From IMG/VR virus record IMGVR_UViG_3300036792_000278, positions 1 through 41,907 of that record: a stretch of DNA of 41,907 nucleotides, one strand, 5' to 3'. A model generated the notes under the pieces. The model saw only the letters and a program-made list of their open reading frames with translations. It had not been told where the DNA came from and searched no databases. Source of the DNA: a virus (taxonomy: Duplodnaviria; Caudoviricetes). A program made the position numbers and the translations under genes. This document shows positions 16,886 through 25,790 of this stretch, piece after piece (position 1 is the stretch's first letter; each line of letters starts with the position of its first letter).

Positions 16886-17788
16886 ATGCGCGATCTCGAA
16901 TGGAAGTCCCTTCCCTTCCTCGAAGTGAAGGCCGAGGGGGACGGTAGCGAATTCACCGGCTACTGTGCCGCGTTCAACAACGTGGACAGCTACGGCGACG
17001 TGATCGTCCCCGGAGCGTTCGCCAAGTCGCTCCCCGACTTCCTCAAGAACGGCCAAATCTGCTTCAACCACGAAGAGGTGATCGGCAAGCCCCTCGAGGC
17101 CCACGAAGACGCCAAGGGGCTATTCGTCAAGGGCCGGATCTCGGACACCGCCAAGGGCCGCGACTGCAAGACCCTGCTCAAAGACGGGGTCATGCGCAAG
17201 ATGTCGATCGGCTTCAAGTGCATGCAGCGCAAGCGGGCCGTGCCCAACGAGATCACGGACTACTGGAAGACGCTCGGGTACCAGCCGGGTCCCGAGGATC
17301 TCTCCAACATGCAGGCCAACTCCGATTACCTCAATTTCCTCCACGAAATCAAGCTCTACGAAGCCTCCCCCGTGGGCTTCCCGGCCAACACGGCCGCGGA
17401 TATCACCGGGGTCAAGGCGATGCCGCTCTCGCGGCTCAAGAAGCTCCTGAAGCAAGTCGACGCCGAGGTCAAGTCCGGCCGCACGCTCTCCCGCGAGACG
17501 CACGCTTACCTCTCGGCCTGCCATGACGCGATGGCCCCCGCGCTGAAGGATCTGAAGACACTCCTGGACATGCACGACCCCGACGCGATCGCGGGCCAGG
17601 ACGACGACGAGGACGAACCCGAAGCCGGCTCCAACGGCGGGGCGTCGAAGCCCAACCGCAACGGCGGCGACACCGACGAATCATCCAACTCCAAGCCGAA
17701 GTCGGCGTCGAGCACGTTGCTCGTCAAGGCCCGCGCGGAGCTGGCGCTCCTGTCTGCCTACCCCTCACTGTCGAGGATTTCCCGATGA
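16886..17788 (+). CDS. HK97-family prohead protease
   Basis: FTGYCAAFNNVDSYGDVIVPGAF, FNH, MSIGF, LYEASPVGFPAN. Confidence 0.95.
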   Translation: MRDLEWKSLPFLEVKAEGDGSEFTGYCAAFNNVDSYGDVIVPGAFAKSLPDFLKNGQICFNHEEVIGKPLEAHEDAKGLFVKGRISDTAKGRDCKTLLKDGVMRKMSIGFKCMQRKRAVPNEITDYWKTLGYQPGPEDLSNMQANSDYLNFLHEIKLYEASPVGFPANTAADITGVKAMPLSRLKKLLKQVDAEVKSGRTLSRETHAYLSACHDAMAPALKDLKTLLDMHDPDAIAGQDDDEDEPEAGSNGGASKPNRNGGDTDESSNSKPKSASSTLLVKARAELALLSAYPSLSRISR

Positions 17789-19191
17789 ACGAGACCGTCC
17801 GCGCGCTCCAACGCGAGCACGAAGAGAAGTGGGCCAGGGCCAACGAGCTGCTCAGCAAGGCCGAGCCCACCGATGCCGAAATGACCGAGGGCACGAAGCT
17901 TATCGGCGAAGTGAAGGAGTGCAAGCGTAAGCTCGATCAGCAATTCAATTTGGACTCGCAGCGCGACGAGCTCAAGACCCTCGGCGGCGACCTCCGCACC
18001 GCCGATCCGGCCGACGTCCGCGCGAAGCAGTTCATGTTCTCGGGCAACGTGCGAGGCGGCGAGGGCTCCTACCTCGGCATGTCCGACGCGGGCCGGATGG
18101 TTGTCGACAGCTTCGGCTCCGTGATCGACGACGTGGGCCCGGGCACCTTCAACGAGAAGCGCTGGGCCGCATTGCAGAGCCGCGACTACAAGCGCGGTTT
18201 CATGGGCTTCATCCGCTCCAAGGGCAACCTCCACGCGCTGGGCGGGTCGCAGTTCAAGGCGATCCAGGAGGGCCTGGACGATCAAGGCGGCGTGCTGGTC
18301 CCGGCGGACATGCTCATGCGGATCATCGCCCGCGAACCTGCCCCGACGCAGCTCGCCGGCCTGGTCACCACGATCACCACGGGCCGCGATCGCGTGGTGA
18401 TGCCGCGCACCCAATACAACGCCGACGACCTCTACGTCACGGCGTTCCGGGCGACGTGGACGGGGGAAATCCCGGCCTCGAGCTCCACCGAGGACGTCAA
18501 CGACGCGGCGCTCCTGGGCAACCTGGAGATTCCGGTCTACACGGCCATGCTCTCGGCCAGCCTCACCAACGACATGGTGGAGGACTCGGCATTTCCCATT
18601 CAGCAGTGGATCGAGAACCAATTGAGGATCACGGTTGATCTCCTCTACGAGAACATGATCCTGAACGGCACCGGAAAGGGCCAGCCGACGGGGTTGCTCA
18701 ACACGATCGCGACCGCGAACAGCTCGCAGTATGTGCAACAGGTCCTCTCGACGATCGCCGGCTCGTTCGGGCCTGATGACCTTCGCGAGCTGCCCTACGC
18801 GATCGCTCCTCAGTACGACCGCGACGCGCGCTGGGTTCTCAACAAGCAGAATACCGGCAAGCTGATTGCCGGGTTCAAGGACAGCACGGGCCGGTACCTG
18901 TTCGCGATGGGCTGGCAGGATTCGGGGCTGTCTCCGGGACCCAACAAGGAGATCGGCGGCGTCCCCTACGTGTACAGCAATTTCATGCCCAACGTCGGGG
19001 CCAGCAATTACCCCGTCCTCTACGGCGACCTGAAGGGGTACTACCGCGCCCAGCGGCTCGGCGTCACCGTTCAGATCCTTCGCGAGACGAAGGCCAAGCT
19101 GAATCAGTTCGAAATCGTGATGAGAGTGCGCTTCGGCGGCCAGCCCGTCGAGCCGTGGAGGATGCGAGTCCTCAAGTCGAACAACGCGTAA
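17785..19191 (+). CDS. HK97-fold major capsid protein
   Basis: N-terminal coiled-coil delta domain, GGVLVP, ILNGTGKGQPTGLL, KDSTGRYL, YGDLKGY. Confidence 0.95.
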   Translation: MNETVRALQREHEEKWARANELLSKAEPTDAEMTEGTKLIGEVKECKRKLDQQFNLDSQRDELKTLGGDLRTADPADVRAKQFMFSGNVRGGEGSYLGMSDAGRMVVDSFGSVIDDVGPGTFNEKRWAALQSRDYKRGFMGFIRSKGNLHALGGSQFKAIQEGLDDQGGVLVPADMLMRIIAREPAPTQLAGLVTTITTGRDRVVMPRTQYNADDLYVTAFRATWTGEIPASSSTEDVNDAALLGNLEIPVYTAMLSASLTNDMVEDSAFPIQQWIENQLRITVDLLYENMILNGTGKGQPTGLLNTIATANSSQYVQQVLSTIAGSFGPDDLRELPYAIAPQYDRDARWVLNKQNTGKLIAGFKDSTGRYLFAMGWQDSGLSPGPNKEIGGVPYVYSNFMPNVGASNYPVLYGDLKGYYRAQRLGVTVQILRETKAKLNQFEIVMRVRFGGQPVEPWRMRVLKSNNA

Positions 19192-19255
19192 CCGACCGGG
19201 TTTTCACCGCAGATCACATCGCAGGGAAAGCCCGACAGGGCGAGGACTCCAGACC

Positions 19256-19720
19256 ATGCTCTTCCACAATCTCACCAAGGAAGTCGATCTCCGGATTGCG
19301 AGCGGCCACACCGCGGCCGGGACGTCGACGATCAACGGCACGGCGATCGACACCAACGGGTACGACGGAATCTGCTTCGTCGTGCTCTATGGGACGTTGA
19401 CGGCCACCCAGGTCACCCAGATGAAGGCCCAGCAGGGAGCGGCCTCCAACGGCTCGGACGCGGCCGACATCGCCAACTCGCACACCGGGTTGATGAAAGA
19501 CGCGGACAGCAACACGCTTCAAGCCATCGACATCTACAAGCCCACGAACCGCTACGTGCGGCCCGTCGTGCTCCGCGGCACGGCCAATGCCGAAGTGCTC
19601 TCGATCTTGGCCATCCTCTACCACAACGAGCTGGCTCCGTCGCTCTTCGCGGATGCCACTGTCGCGACCATCGCCGGCTCGATCGTCACGCTTGCGCAAC
19701 CGCAGCTCGGTACCGCGTAA
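19256..19720 (+). CDS. Putative head decoration protein
   Basis: Follows MCP; NGTAIDTNGYDG...RYVRPV beta-rich pattern. Confidence 0.65.
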   Translation: MLFHNLTKEVDLRIASGHTAAGTSTINGTAIDTNGYDGICFVVLYGTLTATQVTQMKAQQGAASNGSDAADIANSHTGLMKDADSNTLQAIDIYKPTNRYVRPVVLRGTANAEVLSILAILYHNELAPSLFADATVATIAGSIVTLAQPQLGTA

Positions 19721-19785
19721 TCGCCCGGGCCTGTCGCCATCACCTGTCCGTTTCCACCCAAAGACACACAAAGGGCTCGCTCCCC

Positions 19786-20325
19786 ATGTCACGCTTCCGC
19801 ACTCGCGCCTCGCTCTTCGCACTGGCCGGCCTCGTGGCGCTCCTCGCGCTCGTTCCGCTCTTCGCCGCGGATACGACCATCTCGAACTTCGACGTTCAGA
19901 ATCAGGTCTACAAGTCCGTCCGTCTCAAGGACAACAACGATACCAGCTTCGCCCCGCTCGTCTGGGCACAACCGGCATTCGGCGGCGCGTTCAAGGTCGC
20001 GACGAGCACGGGCGCGGCGCAGGCGAATAGTCCCGTGCTGCCCGCCGCTACCGGCAAGACGACCTATTGCGCTGGGTTCACCATCACCGGCGGCGGCGCG
20101 ACCGCGGCAAGTGCGGTCACGTGTACGTTGTCCGATGGGACGGTTACGTACAATTTCATGATCGAGATCCCCGCTGGGGCCGGACTGGCGATCGTCCCAC
20201 TCGTCGTCAACTTCGAGATCCCCATTCCGGCGACGGCGACGAACACGGCCTGGACGTTGACGGTCCCAAGCTTCGGCTCCGGCAACACGGCGGCATCCGC
20301 GAATATCTGGGGATACCAGCTCTAG
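19786..20325 (+). CDS. Beta-rich protein with signal-peptide-like N-terminus
   Basis: MSRFRTRASLFALAGLVALLALVPLFA-ADTT; Ala/Thr/Gly-rich body. Confidence 0.65.
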   Translation: MSRFRTRASLFALAGLVALLALVPLFAADTTISNFDVQNQVYKSVRLKDNNDTSFAPLVWAQPAFGGAFKVATSTGAAQANSPVLPAATGKTTYCAGFTITGGGATAASAVTCTLSDGTVTYNFMIEIPAGAGLAIVPLVVNFEIPIPATATNTAWTLTVPSFGSGNTAASANIWGYQL

Positions 20326-20327
20326 CG

Positions 20328-20513
20328 ATGCTGGGCCCCTACGAAACCAAGGTGATCGGGCCCGAGAGCGACAAGCGTGGTCAGAGCGAATGGTTATCGA
20401 CTTCAGAAAGGACGCCAGCCATGCGCTCCGATTCGCCGTCTTCGACGCCGCAACCGGACAGCGGCTCGATCACCGGCTCGCGATCTTCTACGCGGACGAC
20501 GAAGCCGGAGTGA
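20328..20513 (+). CDS. Possible small protein (MLGPYETKVIGP...), overlapping the next gene
   Basis: ATG directly after the previous stop; overlaps 20390..20617 by 124 nt. Confidence 0.3.
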   Translation: MLGPYETKVIGPESDKRGQSEWLSTSERTPAMRSDSPSSTPQPDSGSITGSRSSTRTTKPE

Positions 20514-20617
20514 TCAAGCACTACCGACGCTTGCCCGCCGGCGCTTATGTCGGCCGCGACGGCTTGCCCGAAGTGATCGAGGAACGGCGCAAGATCGACA
20601 TCGTGCGAAAGGTGTAA
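20390..20617 (+). CDS. Hypothetical protein
   Basis: 75 aa with globular composition. Confidence 0.55.
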   Translation: MVIDFRKDASHALRFAVFDAATGQRLDHRLAIFYADDEAGVIKHYRRLPAGAYVGRDGLPEVIEERRKIDIVRKV

Positions 20618-20620
20618 CCG

Positions 20621-21781
20621 GTGTCCGAAGCCGAGTTCGTGCCGTCGTCACTCCAGGACCTCGACGGGACGCTGAGCGCGAGCCAGCTCCCGGCGTCCGG
20701 AGTGACGCCGGGGACCTACACCGACGCGACGATCACGGTTGACACGACGGGTCGTGTCACCGCGGCGTCCAGCGGCTCGGGCGGCTCGGGGATGGCCATC
20801 GGCGGGACGATCGGGAACTCACCGAGCACCGGCGATATTCTCGTCGTCGGCGCGGGGGGCGTGCTCGCCCAGGTGGCGACGATCGCGGAGAGCCAGGTCA
20901 CCAACCTGGTGACGGACCTGGCGGCGAAGGCGCCGCTGGCAAGTCCGGCGCTCTCCGGCACGCCGACGGCACCGACGGCCGGGAATGGGACCAATACCAC
21001 CCAGCTTGCGACCACGGCGTTTGTTCTGGCGAATGCGGGATCGATGGCGATCGGCGGCGCGATCACGGGCGGGACGGCGGGGCTCATCGCTCATATCGGC
21101 CCCGGGCCAGTCCTCGCTCAAGATGCGGCGCATGTCTGGGATGCGACCAACCATCGGGAAGGGATCGGGGCGGCGGCTCCCCGCGCGAAGCTCGACGCGT
21201 GCGGCTCCGTCAATCTGGCCCACTTCGCCAAGACGGATTCGGACATCGGCGGCTACTTCGACTGCGATGGCTCAGCGGCCATCTATGTCTCGGGAGGGGC
21301 GCAATACAGCACGTTCACAAGCGACTATGTATTTACCGCAAAGTCCTCCGGCGCGTGCGGTTTCATTATGGAGGGCGGCAACGTCACGTTCTGGGCGAGC
21401 GCTTCCCTGACGGCCGGCAACACGTTCACTCCCGCGTATAAGTGGCAAATGAACACGGCGGGCGACTGGTCAGGATTTGCCCTGAGCTCGACGGCCGCGA
21501 ACCGCAAAGCCGGCCGGATGGCCGCGTTGTTTGCCTCCAATACCGATGCGACCCGCAAGGGCCGGATGGTTCTCTACGCGGCCGACTTCACCGGTACCGA
21601 TCGCGAGTGCATCCGGATCGAGAGCGACGGAACGCAAGGTCTGTACTCGGTATTCGGCGCAGTCGCCGCGGCACAGCAGACCGGCGGGGCGGCGACGGCC
21701 GGCGCGACCTACACCGCAACCGAGCAAGGGATGTTGCAGAAGGTCTATAACGCACTCCGAACCTTTGGATACCTCTCATGA
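20621..21781 (+). CDS. Fiber protein with tail-fiber repeats located in the head module
   Basis: SGVTPGTY..ITVDTTGRVTAAS and KAPLASPALSGTPTAPTA...TTQLATTAFV (P2 gpH-like repeats). Confidence 0.75.
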   Translation: MSEAEFVPSSLQDLDGTLSASQLPASGVTPGTYTDATITVDTTGRVTAASSGSGGSGMAIGGTIGNSPSTGDILVVGAGGVLAQVATIAESQVTNLVTDLAAKAPLASPALSGTPTAPTAGNGTNTTQLATTAFVLANAGSMAIGGAITGGTAGLIAHIGPGPVLAQDAAHVWDATNHREGIGAAAPRAKLDACGSVNLAHFAKTDSDIGGYFDCDGSAAIYVSGGAQYSTFTSDYVFTAKSSGACGFIMEGGNVTFWASASLTAGNTFTPAYKWQMNTAGDWSGFALSSTAANRKAGRMAALFASNTDATRKGRMVLYAADFTGTDRECIRIESDGTQGLYSVFGAVAAAQQTGGAATAGATYTATEQGMLQKVYNALRTFGYLS

Positions 21782-22044
21782 CCAATGCGAATCTTGTCAC
21801 TCAGTACCGGGCCGCGATCCAGCTACTCCTGGCCTCGTGCGACACCTGCCGAGCATTCGAGCTCTGTTTCACCTCCGAAGGGGGCGCGGCCTCGCTCTTC
21901 CAGGCCGGCGACTTCACTGGGTCGAACGCGGACCTGACGCCCGCGGCATTCGTCGCGTTCGTGAATTCGCGCACGGCCGTGGAAACGTTGCTCTCGGCGA
22001 ACAGCAACGCCCACTACACCAACCTGAATAAGGCCAGGCCGTAA
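21778..22044 (+). CDS. Hypothetical protein, possible fiber partner
   Basis: ATGA coupling to the fiber gene. Confidence 0.55.
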   Translation: MTNANLVTQYRAAIQLLLASCDTCRAFELCFTSEGGAASLFQAGDFTGSNADLTPAAFVAFVNSRTAVETLLSANSNAHYTNLNKARP

Positions 22045-22048
22045 TCCG

Positions 22049-22891
22049 ATGGCGTTTACGCTCGTCCGCTCGGCCAACTTCGGCAAGTCCCGCACGGGAC
22101 TGGCGACCGTCGGCTACACGCTGATTGGCACGCCGTCGGGCCAGGCCCGGACCACGACGGGCGTCTCCGAGATTCCTGGCACGGGCATCTACTCGGCGAC
22201 CGTCACCTTCCCGGACGGCTTCGCGGGCGTGATCGAATGGGACACCGGAGACGTAAATCCCCGGTATGCCGCCGAGACGGTCAATGTCAACGCCGCGATC
22301 CAGGAGACGGTCACTGAGAGTAGCATCGCTCTCATCGCCCCGTCCGACGTGATCCAGGCCATCCCACGCCTGGCCACACTCGCCGATCTGCAAGACCTGA
22401 TCTATGACGTCTCCGCCGCGGTCATCACCCACGTCGGCCAGAGCTTCGGCCTGGCGACATACACCGAGACGCACAACGGGGCCGATCGCAGCCGGATCTG
22501 GCTCCGCAATCTGCCGATCGTCTCCGTCACAAGCGTGACGGTCGAAGGCACCGCGATCGACAACACCAACGGCGACGGTTGGACGGTGAACCCAGCGACG
22601 GGCGAGCTCCGGCGGGGCAGTGGCCAGCAAGATCAGCAGTTCGAAGCCTGGTTTCCGACGGGCCTGCAAAACATCGTGGTCGTCTACACGGCCGGCGCGG
22701 GCGTTCCTCGCGAGGTGCGTAGGGCCGCGATCCTGACCGTCAAGCACTGGGTTGATGCCACGAAAAACACCGGCGTCTTCGAGAGCGAGGACCTCGGCGA
22801 CTATAGCTACACGCTGAGCGGAGTCCAGGTGAAACTGCCGGCGATCGCGGAGCAGCTCCTGGCGCCCTACATCCTGGATTTCATCGTCTGA
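22049..22891 (+). CDS. Head-tail adaptor (gp6-like) with extra N-terminal Ig-like domain
   Basis: LRNLPIVSVTSV, NIVVVYTAG, PREVRRA, SEDLGDYSYTL, LLAPY. Confidence 0.8.
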   Translation: MAFTLVRSANFGKSRTGLATVGYTLIGTPSGQARTTTGVSEIPGTGIYSATVTFPDGFAGVIEWDTGDVNPRYAAETVNVNAAIQETVTESSIALIAPSDVIQAIPRLATLADLQDLIYDVSAAVITHVGQSFGLATYTETHNGADRSRIWLRNLPIVSVTSVTVEGTAIDNTNGDGWTVNPATGELRRGSGQQDQQFEAWFPTGLQNIVVVYTAGAGVPREVRRAAILTVKHWVDATKNTGVFESEDLGDYSYTLSGVQVKLPAIAEQLLAPYILDFIV

Positions 22892-23250
22892 TGGCCTTCG
22901 AGGATTTCTTCGACCACGCGACCTGCGACGTCTGCCTCAAGACGATCGCGAGCCAGGACGCGACGGGGGCCCCAGCGCGTGACCCCTACACCGTGGTAGC
23001 CACCGCGGTCCCCGTCCTCCTGAGACCCCAGGGCGGCTCGCTGGAGCAACGGAACGACAAGCGGAGCCAGGTGCGGATTGCACGGCTCTACATCGACCCC
23101 GTGAACCTGCCCACGGGCTTCCGTCTGAGTGTGAAACACCAGCTCCGGGTCCCGAACGTCGCCGGCCGCGTCTTTGTGGTGAAGGCCGTCTCCGATCCCA
23201 ACACGCTCGGGCATCACCTCGAAATCGACTGCGAAGAACAGCCTCATTGA
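22891..23250 (+). CDS. Head closure protein
   Basis: Synteny; C-terminal HHLEIDCEE. Confidence 0.7.
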   Translation: MAFEDFFDHATCDVCLKTIASQDATGAPARDPYTVVATAVPVLLRPQGGSLEQRNDKRSQVRIARLYIDPVNLPTGFRLSVKHQLRVPNVAGRVFVVKAVSDPNTLGHHLEIDCEEQPH

Positions 23251-23648
23251 TGGGCAACCTCGAGTGGCACGGCAAAGAGGCCCAGGAACTGGTCCACAAG
23301 AAGGCGGTCAAGGCGGTCACGATCATTTGCATCTCGATCACGCGGCGGGCGAAGGTCCTGCTCTCGGTGGCGGGCACCGGCAAGGTCAAGGGGAAGCGAG
23401 TCGGGAAGGTCAAGCACGCACCGGCCGGCCAGCCGCCGTTCAAGCAGACGGGCCGCGGGCGGGCAAGCGTCACTTACGAGGTCGATGACGGCTCGATCAC
23501 CGGCCGCGCGGGGACGAACGTGGATTACATGAAACACCAGGAGCTTGGGACGAAGCGCGGCCTGAAACCCCATCCCTGGCTGCGCCGCGCGTACGACTGG
23601 ACCGCGGCCCAGGTGGAATCGATCCTGGCTCCGCTGCAAGAACCCTGA
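23250..23648 (+). CDS. HK97 gp10-like tail completion protein
   Basis: APAGQPP..QTGR.RASV, GTNVDY...ELGT, PHPWLRRA. Confidence 0.85.
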   Translation: MGNLEWHGKEAQELVHKKAVKAVTIICISITRRAKVLLSVAGTGKVKGKRVGKVKHAPAGQPPFKQTGRGRASVTYEVDDGSITGRAGTNVDYMKHQELGTKRGLKPHPWLRRAYDWTAAQVESILAPLQEP

Positions 23649-24088
23649 TGGGCACCAACACGACGGTCGCCGCCGCGATCGAGGCTTACTTCGCCGGGCT
23701 GCCCGCGCTTCAGGCGCTGCTCTACAGCGGGAAGCTCTGGCACGTCGAGGCTGACCTGGATGAGCAGCTCCCCTATGTCACGTTTCACACGGCGTCGAGC
23801 AACCGCCAACTGACGACAGGCGCGCCGTACCTCGCGGAGCACATCGTCCAATGGTCGTTCCACGCCGATTCAGCAGCCGGGGCAGCTTCGCTCGCACAGG
23901 ATTTTATGTCCGCTCCTCCATCCGGATTCGACCGCGCGCCCTTGGTCGTCAACGGGGAGATTGTGGCGTCCGCACAAGCCGAGGACGACGGCTTTACGAC
24001 GATTGGTGAGGAAAAGGGTCCGGGCGGTTCCGACTGTTATATGCACGTTGTGATGTATCAAGTCCTAATCGCGGCTTCGCGGAAATAG
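23648..24088 (+). CDS. Tail terminator (DUF3168-like)
   Basis: LPYVTF motif and synteny. Confidence 0.7.
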   Translation: MGTNTTVAAAIEAYFAGLPALQALLYSGKLWHVEADLDEQLPYVTFHTASSNRQLTTGAPYLAEHIVQWSFHADSAAGAASLAQDFMSAPPSGFDRAPLVVNGEIVASAQAEDDGFTTIGEEKGPGGSDCYMHVVMYQVLIAASRK

Positions 24089-24103
24089 AAAGAGGCACAG
24101 AGG

Positions 24104-24607
24104 ATGAGCTCCAATCCATCGGGCTCGATCACGCTTCAGTCCACGCTCAACGTCGGCATTCCCGCCGGCGGGAATGTTATCACGCCTTACAACGTGCCCG
24201 TTCAGCCGACGCAGACGCACAGCTACAGCGCAGGCACCGGAGCCAATCAGATCAACAAGGTTGCTGAGCTCGGAGGCTCCGCAGCGGCCTCGCCAGCGTC
24301 GATCGACCTGACTACGGCCGTCTGCGTCGACGGGACAACCGGGTTCGCGCACTGGCGCGAGATCCTTGTCTTCAATGACGACCCGACCAATGTCCTCAAA
24401 TGGGACTTCACGGCGACGAATGCAAACACGGCGATGTTCAACGCCGGCGGTACCACCGCGAACCTCTCGATCCAGCCCGGCACCCATCAGCGGTTCACGT
24501 GCGCCAACAACGCGGCCGGTTACGTCGTCGATTCCACCCACAAGGTGATCAAGCTTGACCCCGGCGCTAACACGATCGCGTACCGCGTGGTAGTCGCCGG
24601 CGACTGA
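24104..24607 (+). CDS. Putative virion protein
   Basis: Beta-rich, GTGANQINKV...SIDLT; between terminator and tube. Confidence 0.6.
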   Translation: MSSNPSGSITLQSTLNVGIPAGGNVITPYNVPVQPTQTHSYSAGTGANQINKVAELGGSAAASPASIDLTTAVCVDGTTGFAHWREILVFNDDPTNVLKWDFTATNANTAMFNAGGTTANLSIQPGTHQRFTCANNAAGYVVDSTHKVIKLDPGANTIAYRVVVAGD

Positions 24608-24668
24608 TTCCCGGCTCGTTCCGCACAGCTCTTTCTCAATCCGGTTTCCGTAGTTTGGAGGCATCCCC

Positions 24669-25052
24669 ATGTCTACCGCCTATTCGGGCGTTATCGGCAT
24701 CGTGACGTCTGGCGGCGTGGACATGCAGGTGTCCGGCTGGTCTGCCGACGTCGAGCAAACCACCTTCGACGCGACCACGACGGCCGATATGGGCTGGCAG
24801 TCGGTGAAGCCAGCAATCAAAAAGGTGTCCGGGTCGTTCGACTTCTTCTTTAACACCGGCATCAACCCTTACGACAGCGCACAAAACATGTTCAACGGCG
24901 TGCCCGTCGCTCTCGCCCTCACGACGGCGACCGGCAAGACGCTCGCTGGCAACGCCGTCGTAACCAAGCTCTCCCACAAGTCAGACGTCAAAGACGGGAT
25001 CAAGATGACCGCGTCTTTCGATTCGGACGGAGTCTGGACACTGCCGACGTAA
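24669..25052 (+). CDS. Tail tube protein (minimal, 127 aa)
   Basis: GWSADVEQTTFDATT...GW...KKVSGSFD; GGAGG RBS; upstream of chaperones. Confidence 0.75.
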   Translation: MSTAYSGVIGIVTSGGVDMQVSGWSADVEQTTFDATTTADMGWQSVKPAIKKVSGSFDFFFNTGINPYDSAQNMFNGVPVALALTTATGKTLAGNAVVTKLSHKSDVKDGIKMTASFDSDGVWTLPT

Positions 25053-25062
25053 GGACTGCCCT

Positions 25063-25572
25063 TTGGACCTGGCACACGACCTCGCCCGACTCACGAATCA
25101 GCCCACGAAGGTCACGATCGGCGGGCGCAAGTACGGCTTCAGCGAGATCCCCCTGGCCGGCCTGGGCGAACTCCAGCAGTGGCTGAAGGAGCACGTCCCC
25201 CGGCCGCTCGACGCGATCAAGGGGAGGCTCGAGGGCTTCAACGAGCGCGAACGGGCCGAGCTGCTCAGGCAGGCCCGCGAAGAGGACAAGGCTTGGCCCC
25301 CTCAGATGGGCTCGGCCGCGGCGGCCGGCGTCCTGCTCTCCAGCGAGGCCGGCCAGATCCAGGCCCTCTGGGTTGCCCTCCGGGTCCACCAGCCCGAGAC
25401 GACGCTCGAGCAGGCCCACACCGTCTACCGCAAGCTGCAGCGCGAGGCCGCGGCCGTCGCACGCAAGCGGCGGGGCGACGGGTCCGACGCTGAGGCGACC
25501 GCGACGAAGGTCTTCTCCATCGCGTTCGGCATGGACGACGAGGCAGAGGACGACGACCCAAAAGACGCGTGA
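25063..25572 (+). CDS. Tail assembly chaperone (gpG-like)
   Basis: Between tube and tape measure; ends at a slippery site. Confidence 0.75.
   Translation: MDLAHDLARLTNQPTKVTIGGRKYGFSEIPLAGLGELQQWLKEHVPRPLDAIKGRLEGFNERERAELLRQAREEDKAWPPQMGSAAAAGVLLSSEAGQIQALWVALRVHQPETTLEQAHTVYRKLQREAAAVARKRRGDGSDAEATATKVFSIAFGMDDEAEDDDPKDA
25557..25563 (+). other. Programmed -1 ribosomal frameshift heptamer C CCA AAA
   Basis: X XXY YYZ; the -1 frame reads CCC AAA AGA CGC GTG into the 25569..25790 ORF. Confidence 0.8.
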
Positions 25573-25790
25573 GGGCGCGGGCGGCCGAGGGTGATCAACC
25601 CATCGACTACGGCCACCTCTACCGCTCCCTCGTCCGCAAGGCACGCGTTGCCCCCAGCGAGATCGGCCGGCTGACGATCTCCCAGGCGATGACGATCCTC
25701 GACGACAGCGACCCGCGCGACCCCCACCGCGGGAACGTGCCCATCCACTCCGAAGAGCAGCTCGCCGAATTGCTCGGCTTCGACACCTGA
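25569..25790 (+). CDS. Tail assembly chaperone frameshift extension (gpT-like)
   Basis: -1 frame of gpG; PSEIGRLTISQ motif. Confidence 0.75.
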   Translation: MRARAAEGDQPIDYGHLYRSLVRKARVAPSEIGRLTISQAMTILDDSDPRDPHRGNVPIHSEEQLAELLGFDT

